Positions 12,420-25,586 are shown, counted from the stretch's first letter. The stretch: DNA of 64,000 bases from Marsupella aquatica (GCA_973895155.1 OZ316894.1:15430699-15494698); one strand, 5' to 3'. Translations and numbers: made by a program. The notes: generated by a model from the sequence alone, not told the origin.

Positions 12420-13267
12420 ATGCCATTATTTGTTTGTAGTGTGAGTCATGTTATGTAGATTTTAGATGTCAAGAAGGAGTACAAGAATCATGTCCTCTTG
12501 GAGATTCATAGTATCATGCATGTGCTTTCAGTTATCTCATCATGCAGTCATCAATTATGAGTTCCTGTTTTGTCTGAATTACATTGATCACATTGTAAAC
12601 TATTCCATTGGAATTCAAATGATCTACATTTTTGAGCAAGATTGTGATTCTGTTTAATTCTTATTAATGTTTTGTGTAGGATCTCCTTATATGATGCTTT
12701 GTTTCATGTGAATGTCATTCATGCTATGTTCATTTCTTGTATTCAATGTGTTATATTTCTAAAGTTAGAACATCAGGTTTCTATGTATTGTAATGTGGAG
12801 TGCTCTCTCTCCTTATGAACTGTACCTCTGTGTTCATTAGTCATGGTTACAACTTGCATGTGAACCTTATTAATTATAAACATGAGTATATAGAGTCCCA
12901 AATGGTTCTATTGTGTGACCCGGGCCAGGGTCTCCATTGGTCTCTCCTGTGACACTAAATGGTCACATGCTAGTCGTTGTTGAATGCGGGTAAGTCATGT
13001 ATGTGACTTACCATGTGACTCATTAAAGTCATATTGCAGTCACGTAGAAACAAGGCTAGACTCCACAATAAAGTCACAGATCAGTCACAAATGGGTATCA
13101 AGCAAGTCACAAATCTCAGTATCAATAGTGACTTCCATTTTTTGGTTTCAACTTTTGCAACTCCAAGGGTCACAGCGTGGGTCAAGTCACGTTGAGTCAC
13201 AATGAAGTCACATGAGCCAAAATGAGTCACATATTGCGGTCTCAATTCACCTCGGATTCTTCTAGTG

Positions 13268-15291
13268 TGCCCACTAGAAAGAGCCACAATCCAGCTTGTA
13301 AACTTGGCCAATTGTTGCTGTGAAGCGTGGCTGATTACTCCCTGAGTAATAGCACAACCCAACTCTCCCGAGCACACAGCTTCCAAGCCCAACCTTCCTT
13401 GCACAGAGCTCCTCCCTGCTGCTCGGTCTACGTGAGATCACACAACTGAAGTCCCCCCCTTGCCTCTACCGGGGGCTGCTCTATATACTCTCATACTGAG
13501 CCCAAATCGGTGCATACTATGCTGCTGGAGCCCCATCCCAGCCCTAACAGAGCCGCCACTATCTCTAACTACTGAACCCTAACTCGCAACTTTATTTCTA
13601 TCTTGAATTGAATCAAGTCACAAACCCCATATGCACTTACACTTGCAGAGGCAGGCTTGTTTCCTTTGGAGATGGAGGCACTCTTCCACACACTCAAATA
13701 CATCATGCGTGTAAGAGAGTTGGAGGAAAACAGATTTCCTTTTCATGCCTTGCTCTCATCTTCAGCTAAAGGGTGGTATGCAGATGTGTGCAGGTGGGCC
13801 CATGCTTGGGATTTTCCTGAACATGAATGGCCAACACACCCAACTAAGCTAAGAGCAAAACTTGAGCAAAAGGCTTTGCACAAACTTTGGCATGAACCTA
13901 GCCCACGGCAGCAATACTACATGAGAGATGTGAACCCCATGAAGAAATATCGAGAACAAGAATACTTATCTAGCACTATCTCAGTACAACTTAGACAACT
14001 TATTGCTCAGTATAGACTAAGCTCACACCACCTTGAAGTAGAACAAGGGAGATGGAAGGATATTGACAGGAAAAAGAGGGTTTGTCAACTATGTGATAGC
14101 TCTAGTATAGAGAATGAATATCATGTATTCATTGCTTGCAAGTTTTATGAGGGGGTTAGGATGGCATCTCAAATCTTGGTGAAAGATTTGTATGCATTGT
14201 TTGGTCTGCCCCCTCAGCAACTTGGAAGATATATCTTTGCGGTGGATAGGGAAAGGAGAATAGGTTTGGAAAATCTTTCAGGGCTCTCTAGGTCCATAGT
14301 TTCTTTGAGGACATAGTTGTCCTCTTCTGAGCAATCTCTTTTGGTTGCTCTTTTCTTTGATTGCATTGTACTTTACTTTTTGTGGCAGCTCCTTTGACTT
14401 TCATGGTCCCGGAGCTTATAATACATTACCATTACCATTACCATATGTACTTCGGATTTGGCCCTCCTCCATAGTTTTTGCGAGCTTGCGCTTCCTCTCC
14501 CGATTTCTCTATTCAACCATTTTCTGCATGGATAGCAACGTTGGAAGCGGCTTGAGCTCCTCTTTCTAACGAGATCAATTATAGCCGATTTGGTCAAATA
14601 CACAGAGAGTTATGCCCCCACAACCGAGAGAGGGTACTCATTGTTGCGCTAACCCGAGTTACATAGCTAGCCCGAGTTCGGATAACCTAGCTATCCTATC
14701 TAACCCGGGTAGAGCTAACCCGTGGTTTCGGGTTAGGCCGCTACCCGCTATCCGCTAATCTAGGCTAAGCTGAGCCCGAACCCGAGCTTAGGTTAACCGA
14801 AGTTCAGTCTAACCCGGGCTCAATATAACCCGAACCCGGGTTAAGCCTAAGCTGAAGCCATGCTGACCTGAGCTAAGTTGAAGCCGTGTTGACCTGAGCT
14901 AAGCTGAATCTGAGCTCTCATAAGCTAAGTCGTAGCCTCAGCTTAGGTTAACCTGAAACCGAATCCACTCATTCCGGCCACAAGTTAACCTGTCATACTA
15001 ATGAGGCCGTATCTTTCTTAATACACCTCCATTTCCCGAGTATTTTATATCAATTTTACTCTCCTTGACCAGATCTTTCCAATGCTCTTTACAGATCCGG
15101 ATTTGGTGACGTATTGAAAGAGATATGGTCGTCGATCACCCGCGACATAGCTTTTATTTCCCTACTCAACGCCATGATTGCCCTTATTCTTGCCATTTTG
15201 CTAATTGTTATGCAATATCAATAGCTACTCCTTGCATACAGCAACCTACTTACTCAGATTATAGAATAAGGACCATGTCATCGGCGTCACA
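13268..15291 (-). mobile_element. LTR-like repeat family A, copy 1 (interrupted by a LINE fragment, cut by the CACTA end)
   Basis: Minus-strand start TGTGACGCCGATGACATGGTCC at 15291. Homologous to 16299-17663 and, in reverse complement, to 46934-47286 plus 62783-63904. Confidence 0.8.
13611..14443 (+). mobile_element. 5'-truncated non-LTR retrotransposon (RTEX/L2-like 3' end) with an (ATTACC)n tail
   Basis: ORF 13657-14316 contains YRLSSHHLEVEQGRW...RVCQLC...ENEYHVFIAC (LINE C-terminal CCHC finger). Ends in CATTACCATTACCATTACCAT. Splits family A between GAATTG and TATGTACTTCGG. Confidence 0.75.
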
Positions 15292-16298
15292 AGATTTTGA
15301 CTATGGAGGCTGTCTGGACACAAGGAGATCTACAATTGGGTATGTATTTACTCTTGGAGGAGGATGTATCAGTTGGAAATCTATCTTGCAGAAGTGTATA
15401 TCTCAGTCTACTACAGAAGTAGAGTATGTTGCAGCAGCAGAAGTAGCAAAGGAACTCAAGCAATTTGGTTGGACAAGTTGATCGCAGAGATGGGTTTAGA
15501 GCATGGCAAAATATCTCTAAACTATGATAGTCAAAGTGCTCTTCACTTGGCTGCTAACCAGGTGATGGATAGTAGGGTGAAACACATTGATATCAGATAC
15601 TATTTTATCAGGCAAGCAGTGTCTGATAAAACTTTTGAGCTAGTCAAAATTGATGGAAAGCTCAATCCTGTTGATGCCTTTACCAAAGTGATTCCTTTGG
15701 AGAGTTTCTCAAGACACCGTGCTACTTTGCAGGTTTTGCAGTTGTAATGCAAGTAGAGTTATTTAGCAATGTTGTGACTATTTGTATATGGATTACTCAT
15801 TCCAGTTTGGCTACGGCTTAGTTCTAGTTAACCCTTAGTTAACCCTTGTGGTTTTTAGGGGGAGATCTGTTTAGGTGATTGTCTAGAATTTCCCGCTGAG
15901 GATTCCATATAGTAGCAATTAGTCTAGTCCCCAAGACAAGAGTCAAGGGGGAGTTTGTTAGATATTGCTCTAGTCCTGTGACTCATGAGCTAACCACAGT
16001 TAGGCTAACTTGGGTTAGGACTTAGCTAATGTTAGCGGTAGTGCTATTGTGTATATTGTCAAGGCTGGTGCTAGCCCCTGGTGGAACTTAAGGCTCATTG
16101 TTACAGAGCTAGTTGAGAGATAGGGAGAGCTTGTGCTGTGGATGTTTGGTATGGTCGGTCGGCCTAGAGTGCAGTAAAGCTCTTGTGTGTTCCCGTGGAA
16201 GTAGTCTCATGTGGAGGTGAACCACGTATCTCTCTATGTCGACTCTTGTACGTTGGATGGTTCATGGGCTTGCAGTTGCAAATGTCGTCTATGTTCAA
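15292..16298 (+). mobile_element. Copia remnant (RNase H, PPT, partial 3' LTR)
   Basis: [28 protein letters not shown] and RVKHIDIRYYFIR. PPT AAGGGGGAG ~15945-15953; LTR from TGTTAG at 15956. Confidence 0.85.
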
Positions 16299-17663
16299 CT
16301 CAGTCTACGTGAGATCACACAACTAAAGTCCCCCCTGCCTCTACCAGGGGGCTGCTCTATATACTCTCATACTAAGCCCAAATGGGTGGATACTATGCTG
16401 CTAGAGCCTCATCCCAGCCCTAATAGAGCCGCCACTATCTCTAATTATTGAACCCTAACTCACAGCTTTATCTCTATCTCGAATTGGCTTTGTACTTTGG
16501 ATTTGGCCCTCCTCCATAGTTTTTGCGAGCTTGTGCCTCCTCTCCCAATTTCTCTATTCAACCATTTGTTGCGTGGAAAGCATCGTGGAAAGCGGCTTGA
16601 GCTCCTCTTTCCAACGAGGTCAATTATAGCTGATTTGGGCAAATACAGAGAAAGTTATGCCCCCGCAACCGAGAGGGGGTACTCACTTCTGCGCTAACCC
16701 AAGTTATATAGCTAACCCAAGTTTGGCTAACCTAGCTATCCTATCTAACCCGAGTAGAGCTAACCTGTGGTCTTGGGTTAGGCCGCTACCTGCTATACGC
16801 TAATCTAGGCTAAGTTGAGCCTGAACCCGAGCTTATCTATGTTAACCCGAGCCCAAGTTTAGGCTAACCCAAGCCCAAGTTTAGGCTAACCCGAGTTCAG
16901 TCTAACCCAAACCCGGGTTAAGCCTAAGCTGAAGCCATGCTGAGCTCACATAAGCTAAGCCGTGGCCAAGCTTAGGTTAACCCGAACCGAAACCGAAGCC
17001 GAATCCGTTAATTCCGGCCATAAGTTAACCCGTCACACTAATCAGACAGTATCTTTCTTAATACACCTTTGTTTCCCAAGTGTTTTATATCGATTTTACT
17101 TGCCTTGACCAGAGCTTTCCAATGCTCTTTACAGATCCGGATTTGGTGACGTATTGAAAGAGATATGGTCACCGACCACCCGCGACATAGCTTTTTTATT
17201 TCCCTAACATTCTAAGACTAGACTATGAACCACTAACCTAACTAACAAAATGAAGCTACACATCCAAGACATTCAGATTTCATCATGAGAACAATCACCA
17301 TACCACACAACTTCATATTCAGCTATGGAGACTCGCTTCCTTGAATTATCACGCCTACCTCCGTACCGACATCTTGAAGAGCCTCCATGTTCCATCTTGT
17401 TTGTCAAGAAGATGATATGGTTGAAGAGCTGAATCCTCTCTTCCCTAATTTCTCCTTTGTGGCCTTGACAGTGACTACCTCAGCTGTGTCTGCCTTGGTT
17501 GTGCAGTTTTCAAGCTTAAATACCTTTATCCCTACTCTTAACGCCATGATTGCCCTTATTCTTGTCATCTTGCTAATTGTTATGCAATATCAATAGCTAC
17601 TCCTTGCATACAGCAGCCTAGTTAATCAGATTAAAGACTAAGGACCATGTCATCGGCGTCACA
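16299..17663 (-). mobile_element. LTR-like repeat family A, copy 2 (partial, with a ~320-bp insert)
   Basis: Colinear with 13420-13610 plus 14445-15291; ends in CATCGGCGTCACA at 17663. Confidence 0.8.
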
Positions 17664-18725
17664 GGCGGACAACACAAAAGCTTAGAAACCGTTAAGCCAG
17701 GGTCAATCAAGCAATTTAAGGTACATTCCGACGGCGGAACATAGAGCATACCTATGGTATTCATAGAAGTAGACCCAGGCATTGTCGCGAAGACTTAAAG
17801 TTAGGGGCTCCTCGGGCAAACTACGAGTTTCTGGCTGCGATTGGGACAGGCGACAAGCACTTTTCGGAGCAAACTCTCACTCCTTTATATTTTTTACTTT
17901 TCTCACAAAGGTTACAATAGGTGCCCTCAAGTAAGCTTGCCCGCAAGAGTCTGGTAGCTGGCCCTATGGCGGGCCGCTACCTCTAACTTGTCGAGTAGAA
18001 CTCCTCGAGTGACTAACTACTCAAAATCTGACGGAAAAACTATCCTCCTTAGCTCACAAAACCAAAACTTGACTAGCTACTCCACTAGTCTAAAACAACT
18101 TACACAAAACTCGGGCCTGGACCAACGAGGCTCCAAACTCGAGAAATCCCCGCCTAGATCGACGAGGCTCCAAACTTGAGAAATCCCCGCCTGGATCAAA
18201 AACTCCACACCTGGATCCAACACTTGCCTAGAACTCCAAAACCGCCGCACAACAATCGAGTTCCGTAGAACGGAGCGGAAACTCACAGAATGCAACTCAA
18301 CAGATCTCAATAGACAACCGCCAACCTCAATGAGCCGAGGCTCAAGTCTTAAGTAGCATCGAAAACCCAACCATCCAGCCTGAGCCAACTGCCATCAGCA
18401 AGGCTCATCCAAACTCCAAGCCCGATGACTCACCTAAACACCAAACCTGGTGACGACAAGTCACCCAATCACCAAACCTCAATCCATCCAACCAAGCAGC
18501 CCCTTCGAGTCAGCATGCACGCAACCCAACCGGGAGGCCTCGCCCATCATCCCCTATAAAAGCCATTCCTGAGCCGAAATCTTTCGGCACGACAGCGTGC
18601 TTAGCACCGGGTTGGGGGAATAAAGTGCCGTTTGCACATCCCTCTGTGCCCGAAACCTCAATACTAACGGAGTTTATCCCAGCCTAAGCCAAAATCCGCA
18701 TAGGGACAAATCTTTAGGTGTGACA
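17664..18725 (-). mobile_element. Probable partial LTR of another family
   Basis: Minus-strand start TGTCACACC at 18725, short internal duplications (AAACTCGAGAAATCCCCGCCT x2), no coding signal. Confidence 0.4.
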
Positions 18726-19770
18726 ATCCCCTTTGCCCAGGCCTTTTTTGGGGCCCCGACCCCCTTGGTTTACCCTGACCATCTTGGTCTTTCAGGTCCA
18801 GCTTCGTCATGCATGGTCATTATTGTCGGAGGACGTGTAGAGCGTGGTCCCTGCATTCAAGGAAGTTGTTTTGGACAGCCCGGATTGAGTCCAACAAGTG
18901 ATTTCTGATCGCATGCACCGACATACCCTTTCCAACATGCTTTTTGAGGCACCCTCCAATTCAGTTTGGGCATGTATCTTATCTGGTTGGCGCTGGTTTG
19001 GCGGCTTGGCTATTAGCAGCTAGTCCTCTTTGGGCCCCCTTTCATATGAGTCCTTTTATCTTTACCACATCCACGTGCCTTCGGCTGGGTCTTCCTCACC
19101 CTTGCCTCTTGGGTCAGCCCACATGCATCTATGGTGCGCCCCTTGATCGGCAGGGCATTCATATTCTCAGGTGTGGTCATGGTAGTGAGAGGGCTGCAAC
19201 ACACAATGACGCCTAGATGTGGTGGCGGCCATTGCTCGTGACTCTGGGTACCATGTCATGATGGAGTAGAGACATGTGTTACCTCCACGGGATGGGGTTT
19301 CTGATCGTGGTTGGGCAGATTTGGTATTCTCTCATGCTGGAGTTTGTGCCCTTGGGGATGTTGTTGTTGCTGATCCAACTAGTGGGGCCAATGTGGCTTC
19401 TACCGCTTGTGTACCAGGCCATGCCGTTGCGAGGGCAGCTCGACTGGAGGAGGAGGCCTATGCTGTGCGGTACCTTGGGGACCTCTTCTATCCGTTTGTC
19501 TTGGAGATATTTGGGGCGCTACACCCATCCTGACTGTTTCTATGCTCTTGCACAATTCAATACGTCGAGCGGAGGCCCTATTCCCTTGTGTCTATCATCA
19601 CCGCATTCTTTAGACAGAGGGTGTTTGTTGCGCTTCAGCGGGCACAGGCTTTTCTATCCTTTGTAGGGGGAGGTTGTTGGTCTTAGGGCCTCTAGTAGGA
19701 TTCATTTGCTTGACTCTCCCATGCAGTTCACACCGGAACTATATTAGGCTCTTCAGTTTGCTGATCGGTA
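18726..19770 (+). mobile_element. Degraded LINE 3' fragment with restriction-like endonuclease (CRE/R2-type)
   Basis: CLRLGLPHP...CIYGAPLDRQGIHILRCGHG...HND (zinc knuckle), then ADLV...GDVVVADP...FYPFVLEIFGALHP (RLE motif). Frameshifted. Confidence 0.75.
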
Positions 19771-20329
19771 GGCTTTGGGGTCCTCATTTTGGGGTTTGCT
19801 GTAATTCTTTGTTTCTTTGATGTCTTGCCTTTCTTGGCCCCTTGGTTGTCCCCCCTTCATTGGGTCTTTTGCTTGAGGGATCATGTCTCCCTGTTGGGAG
19901 CCCTCTGTTTTCTGGGATATACTGCAATATCGGTATATCTGCCAGACGGTATAGAGGCTGGCAAAGGAAGACTATACCAGCCAGGCCAGATACTCTACAA
20001 GGTATCACCAAAATTGATGTGTTAGGCACGGTATTCCAATAAGTTACGTGAACCGGGTGGCAATACCTTGCAGTATCCCTGTCCAACACTGCGATACCTT
20101 ATCGGGATAGTATAACGGCCCAACACTGGTCAGGACCAGCCATCCCTATCAGTGATTACCGGCCAAGTATCAACATAGGGGTCCAATCCAGGTTGCAGTG
20201 CGACGGGAAATTAGAACTTATTGTTTGTCTCTACACATGATGACATGAAACCGCATTGATGTTTGTGTCCCCGGTTTGGACTTGCCTGGCAAATAGGCCG
20301 TTTTAAGGCCGTCAACCGGCAAGCCGACA

Positions 20330-21012
20330 CCCGGTCTCTCCCGGTCGTCATCATCCAGTCCCGGCCCGAGTAAATCCGGTCCCGGCCTGAGTACTCCCGG
20401 TCCTCTTCCCTCCCGGCCCCGGACCCTAAACTTCCCCCGGCCCGGACCCTTCACGAGGGGCCCGGACCCTAACGCCCCCCCCGGCCCGGACCTTCACCCT
20501 CCCGGCCCGGACCCTAAAGCCCCCCCGGACCCTAAAGCCCTCCCGGCCCGGACCCTAAAGGCCCCCGCCCGGCCCGGACCCTAAAGCGCCCCCCCCCGGC
20601 CCGGACCCCCCCTCCCGGCCCTAAAGCCCCCCCTCCCGGCCCGGACCCTAAAGCTCCCCCCCCCCTCCCGCCTCGGACCCTAAAGCCCCCCCGGCCCGGA
20701 CCCTAAAGCTCCCCCCCTCCCGCCCCGGACTCTAAAGCCCCCCCGGCCCGGACCCCCCCCCTCCCGGCCCTAAAGCCCCCCCTCCCGGCCTGGACCCTAA
20801 AGCCCCCCCCTCCGCCCCGGTCCCTAAAGCCACCCCGGCCCGGCCCGGCCCACCCCCGCCCGACCCGGGCCCACCATGAGGGACCGGGCCGGGCCGGGCC
20901 GGGGGGGCTTTAGGGTTAGGTCGCGCGAGGAGGGCAGCCGCCGGGGGAGATCGGGCTCGGCCACCCGGGGTCGGCTCGCGAGGTGGGGTGGGGGGGGGAG
21001 ACCGGGACCGGG
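20330..21012. repeat. Left subterminal GC-rich array (unit ~CCGGCCCGGACCCTAAAGCCCCC)
   Basis: Roughly a dozen degenerate tandem units visible. Confidence 0.9.
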
Positions 21013-21014
21013 GC

Positions 21015-21101
21015 TATAAAGTGAGGAGGTCTCCTCACTTTCTCTCATTACTAACTTCTCAACTAAGTTTGCTTGTTGTGTAGGAGAGGCCTTTGGTAAG
21101 T
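21015..21101 (+). promoter_or_regulatory. Putative TATA box and non-coding first exon ending at a GTAAGT donor
   Basis: TATAAA ~21015 immediately after the GC array; CT-rich leader; TTG/GTAAGT at 21096 followed by T-rich intron-like sequence. Confidence 0.5.
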
Positions 21102-21813
21102 TTTTCTTGCTTTTGCTTATGTTTTGTTTAGTTTTGAGTTTAGTTCACTAGTTTTTGAATTGTTTTGAGTCTTTTTTTTGCTATGCTTTGCCATGTATGA
21201 CTTTAACATTTAGTTTTAATTTGGAGGGATATTAGTGTTCTCACGTATGCGCATGCTTGGAGCTTATGCTTGGCATGTGGTATTTCGTATGAGAGAACCT
21301 AATATTACCTTAATAGTTTAGTGTGATTTGTGAATTGAGTGGAGTATTTTCTAGGATAGAGATTTTCATGTACGCATGCTTGGAGTTTCCGCTCGGCATG
21401 TGGTACTCTGCATGGATATCTCGATTCCTTGTAAATATTTCCACAACATTTACAAATGACATCTAAACTATAGGTTTCACATAGATTGGAATAGGAATGT
21501 AACAACTTGAAGGAAAAGACATCTTTTGTGCGCATGCTTGGAGTTTCGGCTTGGCATGTGGTATTTCACATAGTTGTCTTTCCCTTTCATCGTTGTTACT
21601 TTCAAAGTACTAAACAAACGAATAAAAAATTGAACAAATATTAAAATTTCATTGCTTTGGTATTATTGGTACCAACACAAAGTGTGAAATGACATTTCAG
21701 GATTGTTGATCCAGCTTTATTGTACTTGCATCATCCATACCCTCGGCAAGCAGCCAACACACTCCGTAAGCGCCTATTCTTTGTCCTACAACTTGTTGTG
21801 GTTACTTGAGAAC

Positions 21814-23472
21814 ATGGCCGCTGCAAATGTGAGTGTAGAGTATATGAAACTTTTTGAGGCAATGAAGACCATGCTAAACGAAGGATATCAACCAGATCCT
21901 CATGCCCTCAATGCTCTACGGAATGCTCACAAAACCTTAGAAATTTGTAAACATGGCAAAACCTTAGGGAAACGGAAACATAGAGGAGGAGCAATTGGTG
22001 CTGCATTGAAAGAGAGAAGGCAACATGTGTTAGTTGCAATTTGGAAAAAGATTCTATATCCCTACACTTTGCCAGCACAGTATGAGCAGGATGGCTTTGA
22101 GAGGAAGTATGCTATGCATGGAGCAGAGGGTTACAAAAACCTTTTAAATGACATGGGACGTTGCATGCGTGAGACTGTGGAGAAAGAAGAGGACATGACC
22201 CGAGATGAAATTGCTGCCTTAATAAGTGATTTTGAGAAGCCAGGTGGATTTGTTGAACATTTGGCGTTGAACTTTGCGGTAAATCTTTGGGACAAGTTGG
22301 AATCCAATTTGGATGAGGCTGGGTCCGTCATGCTTGGAGTTCCTGGGCTATACACACATAGAAGAGATTTGCTAGCTAAATGGAGTAAAGAGTTAGCAAT
22401 GGCCAAATCGGAGAGTAATGTCAAATATGCGAGCAAGGTCGTGCAGTTTGGAGAGATTGGCGTGGAGGTTGCAGATAGAGGAACGTGTCCATCACGAGTT
22501 GTTCCCATGGTCAGGAGTATTCATTTCTTGAGGAGGGAGCAAGTATCAAATTTGCATCGCATTGGAAGTGGCATCCAAGGACATGTGTTCATATGTCATA
22601 TATTGGATTGCCCATTGATTCCTCGAAATGCAACATTGGTTGCAAAATGATTTAAGGATGGAGACCGGCACAAGAGACGAACAGATGCCTTACAAGAAGT
22701 GCTCATGAGAGGTTTGAATCACAAAGGAATAATTGGGGCCTTGGCAATGACTATCGAAGATCCACCAAAACTTATCTATGACCATTACAATGGAGGTGAC
22801 TTGGGAAGCTTCATAGATAAGTGTGGGAAATGGAGTAAGAGCAAAGGGAAGACCCAATCCACTTCTGAGGTTGATGTGACATTCATATCCGAAAAGAAAC
22901 TCTTTTTGAAACATCGTTTGGGGATTGCTATGGCTCTATTGGAGACCTTGCAATATTTGCATGCACACGACCGTTTCCATTGTGATCTTCATTTTGGGAA
23001 CATCCTTCTTCACTTTGATCACGAGGATGATTTGGCAATTAGAGTTTATGTAGGAATATGTGATTTTGGGTTGTCCAAACACAAGTCACAATGCACATTA
23101 CCACAAAATTGAATGTGGCCCACCTCTACAGAGAAAGCAGTTGCGTATCAAAAACAATATCCACAATTAGCGCCTAAGCTAGTTCGTTCCGATCCAGCAG
23201 AGTACAGTCAAGCAACTGACATATATGCTTTGGGCAATGTCTTTGAGACATTACTCACAGAAAATTGGGATGGAATGATCCCAATGACACGATATTTGAA
23301 TAGGGGTTGGAATGCTAGAGAGCATGGCCCTAAATTGGATATTATGATACGTGACATGATGGCCATTGATGTCAAGAAAAGAATGGATTGTGTTCATTGG
23401 AGTTTGAAAATGATGAGGATATTCCAAGATTGTAGATTAGTTCAGCACAATAGTCCTTATCTAAGAGATTAG
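21814..23472 (+). pseudogene. Protein kinase cargo gene (~550 aa) with an unknown N-terminal domain; two in-frame TGA stops
   Basis: ORFs 21703, 22699 and 23113 share one frame. IGSGIQGHV (Gly loop), LVAK, HKGII, YNGGDL, HCDLHFGNILL (catalytic loop), ICDFGLSK, LAPKL, TDIYALG. Confidence 0.88.
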
Positions 23473-23656
23473 GGATTTCATAGTTTCATCGTGAATGACA
23501 ATGATAGATGTCATGAACTATTATCTATTTAATCATGTCATATGAATTAAATGTATTACTCATTTTGCTTCATTGTATTTTGTTATCAATTTTATCTTGA
23601 AGGGTGTATGGTGAATGAATGCTAAAAATGTTTTTGTTATTGTAGAATCTGCAAGG

Positions 23657-25586
23657 ATGGGAAAATGGGATTTAGAATTCGACGAGGAGGAAAAACCTAA
23701 AAAGATTCCATATTTATATTTGCAACCTGCTCAGGATTTACACCTTTGGTCTCAGGATTAATACGCTGAAGAAGATTCTCAACCCATAGACGAGGACATT
23801 GGAATGAGTAGCAATCATGCAGGGCAAAGCATAACCAAAATGGATGAGGACACCAAGGATGTTGAATGGAATATCACAATGCCAAATGTGAAACCTCCTC
23901 ACAATGAATGGCCCATCAACGCCAAAGAATTGGAGATATTAATGCCACGTGTGGAGTTCCAAAAATGGATGAAAATCATTTTTGATGATGAAAATTTATG
24001 GGCCACAAGGTCTTGGATTCAAGAGAAGTACACAATGTCCAAGGTAACACATGTGGAAATTGGCAAGCATTGGCAACAAAGATTTCGAGAGTATGCTCCA
24101 AAGAAAGCGCAAGGCAAAACAAGCTCGGTTTATCCTCCTTTTCTCCGACTCCTAATTGCTGAATTTATTCTCAAGTGGAAGGTGGATTACCGTTGGGAAA
24201 CAGAAGAGGGCAAGATGACTCACTCTGTGCATCAGTCTGTCCTGGACATTGTAGGTTTCAAGAACAACAAAAATACTACAAAAGATATGTCGAGTCAAGC
24301 AACCAAGAAAGGGTCAAAAAGAAAGATACATGATGTGCAAGATATTCATGCACATCAGAAAGATAAGCCGACTGCACTGGAACGACTCGTCACTAAATCT
24401 GAAAGTTTCAGCGCACCAAAACATGTGGACAAAACATCAAACATTGCAGCATCTACAAGTAACAATTTACCAGGAAAGTTCACTAGTATTTTGGATCCAA
24501 AGAAAGAATCATTGAGCATGGAGATTGTGTGCAAGAGTTTGGACACAGAGATTGGTCATTTGATCGAGAACAATCTTCGCACAAAGTTTTGTCTTGACCT
24601 TTGTGAAGCTGGCAGCATTGACTACTACAAGTCAAAGTTGTAAGATAATGTTTTGAAGATGAAAGCAATGGAAAAAATACCCATTCAAAGTGTGACTACC
24701 TCGGAGGTGAAGGAATACAAGGTGCAACTGTACGACAAGATCGATGGAGGAGATCGCAAAGCTCAACAAACAACTTGCCCAAAAGGATGGTCAATGTAGT
24801 CAAATGAAACAAGTTCAAGAGGCAGATAGAGTCATTCAGGATTTGAAGAATCAGGTTGCATCACAAGAGGTGATCATAAGCAATCTGCAAGAGGAGATCG
24901 AGCAAATCAACACTGTTGAGGTGGATGGACAGTCAGATAAGGAAAAATCAAGATGCAAGAACTACAATTATATGAACTTGCAAATGATTGATCCTACGAG
25001 AGAATCTCATCTTTTTCCGGATGTGGAGGAGGATCCAGAAGATATAGAGAAATTTTTTGACAAGTGGAAGACCGATAAAAGTATGGCCTAATTTATTCGA
25101 GAAAATGATGGAAGATGTACTTGGTGCTTGTATCCATGGGGTCCTGAATCTGTTTCCATTTTGGGAACATGCGGTCACTTATGGCATCATGCTTGCTTGT
25201 TTTGGTGGATGAAGAAGAGCCGAAAATGTTGGTGTCAGAAACCATTTCATGAACGAGAGTATGAGCAACGAGGTTTGTTGAAACAAATGCCACCAATGGA
25301 GACACAGCAAGACACTGAAGACATGACTCAAGAGAGTATTGCAATGGCACAGAGCGATTCAAGGCCCATTGACAATTTCACAGTTAATGAATACAACTTG
25401 TCAGATGGTGACTTTCACAATTTGCTATTCAGCGGTAGATTCCAACAGTGGAAGGAATATGCCATGGCCAATCGTCCAACAACAGATGAGCAAAACATGC
25501 AGCGATCTATTCGTCGCCATCGTCGTCGTCAGCAACTGGCAAAGGTGAAAGCAGAAGCGCAAGACAATGAGAACCCAAATGAGTAG
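23657..25586 (+). pseudogene. Cargo gene: unknown N-terminus, coiled coil and RING-H2-like finger; stops and one frameshift
   Basis: ATG 23657 is in frame with ORF 23804. Heptad region EEIAKLNKQLAQKD...IQDLKNQV...LQEEIEQI. Then CTWC-x13-CGHLWHHAC-x10-CWC across ORFs 24744/25128 (same frame). Confidence 0.7.

Larger units (their letters stand above)
1..13267 (+). mobile_element. CACTA (En/Spm) DNA transposon, 5' end outside window
   Basis: Tnp2-like and TnpA-like coding remnants. Clustered GTCAC/GTGAC subterminal motifs at ~12915-13235. Terminus ...GGATTCTTCTAGTG at 13267 (reverse complement CACTAGAAGAATCC, a CACTA-type TIR). Confidence 0.85.

Noticed and set aside
13272-13281. Start of a second CACTA element
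   Set aside because: The sequence is internal to family A (also at ~63890) and has no subterminal repeats.
19910-20165. Possible MITE with GATAC/GTATC motifs
   Set aside because: No definable TIRs or TSD.
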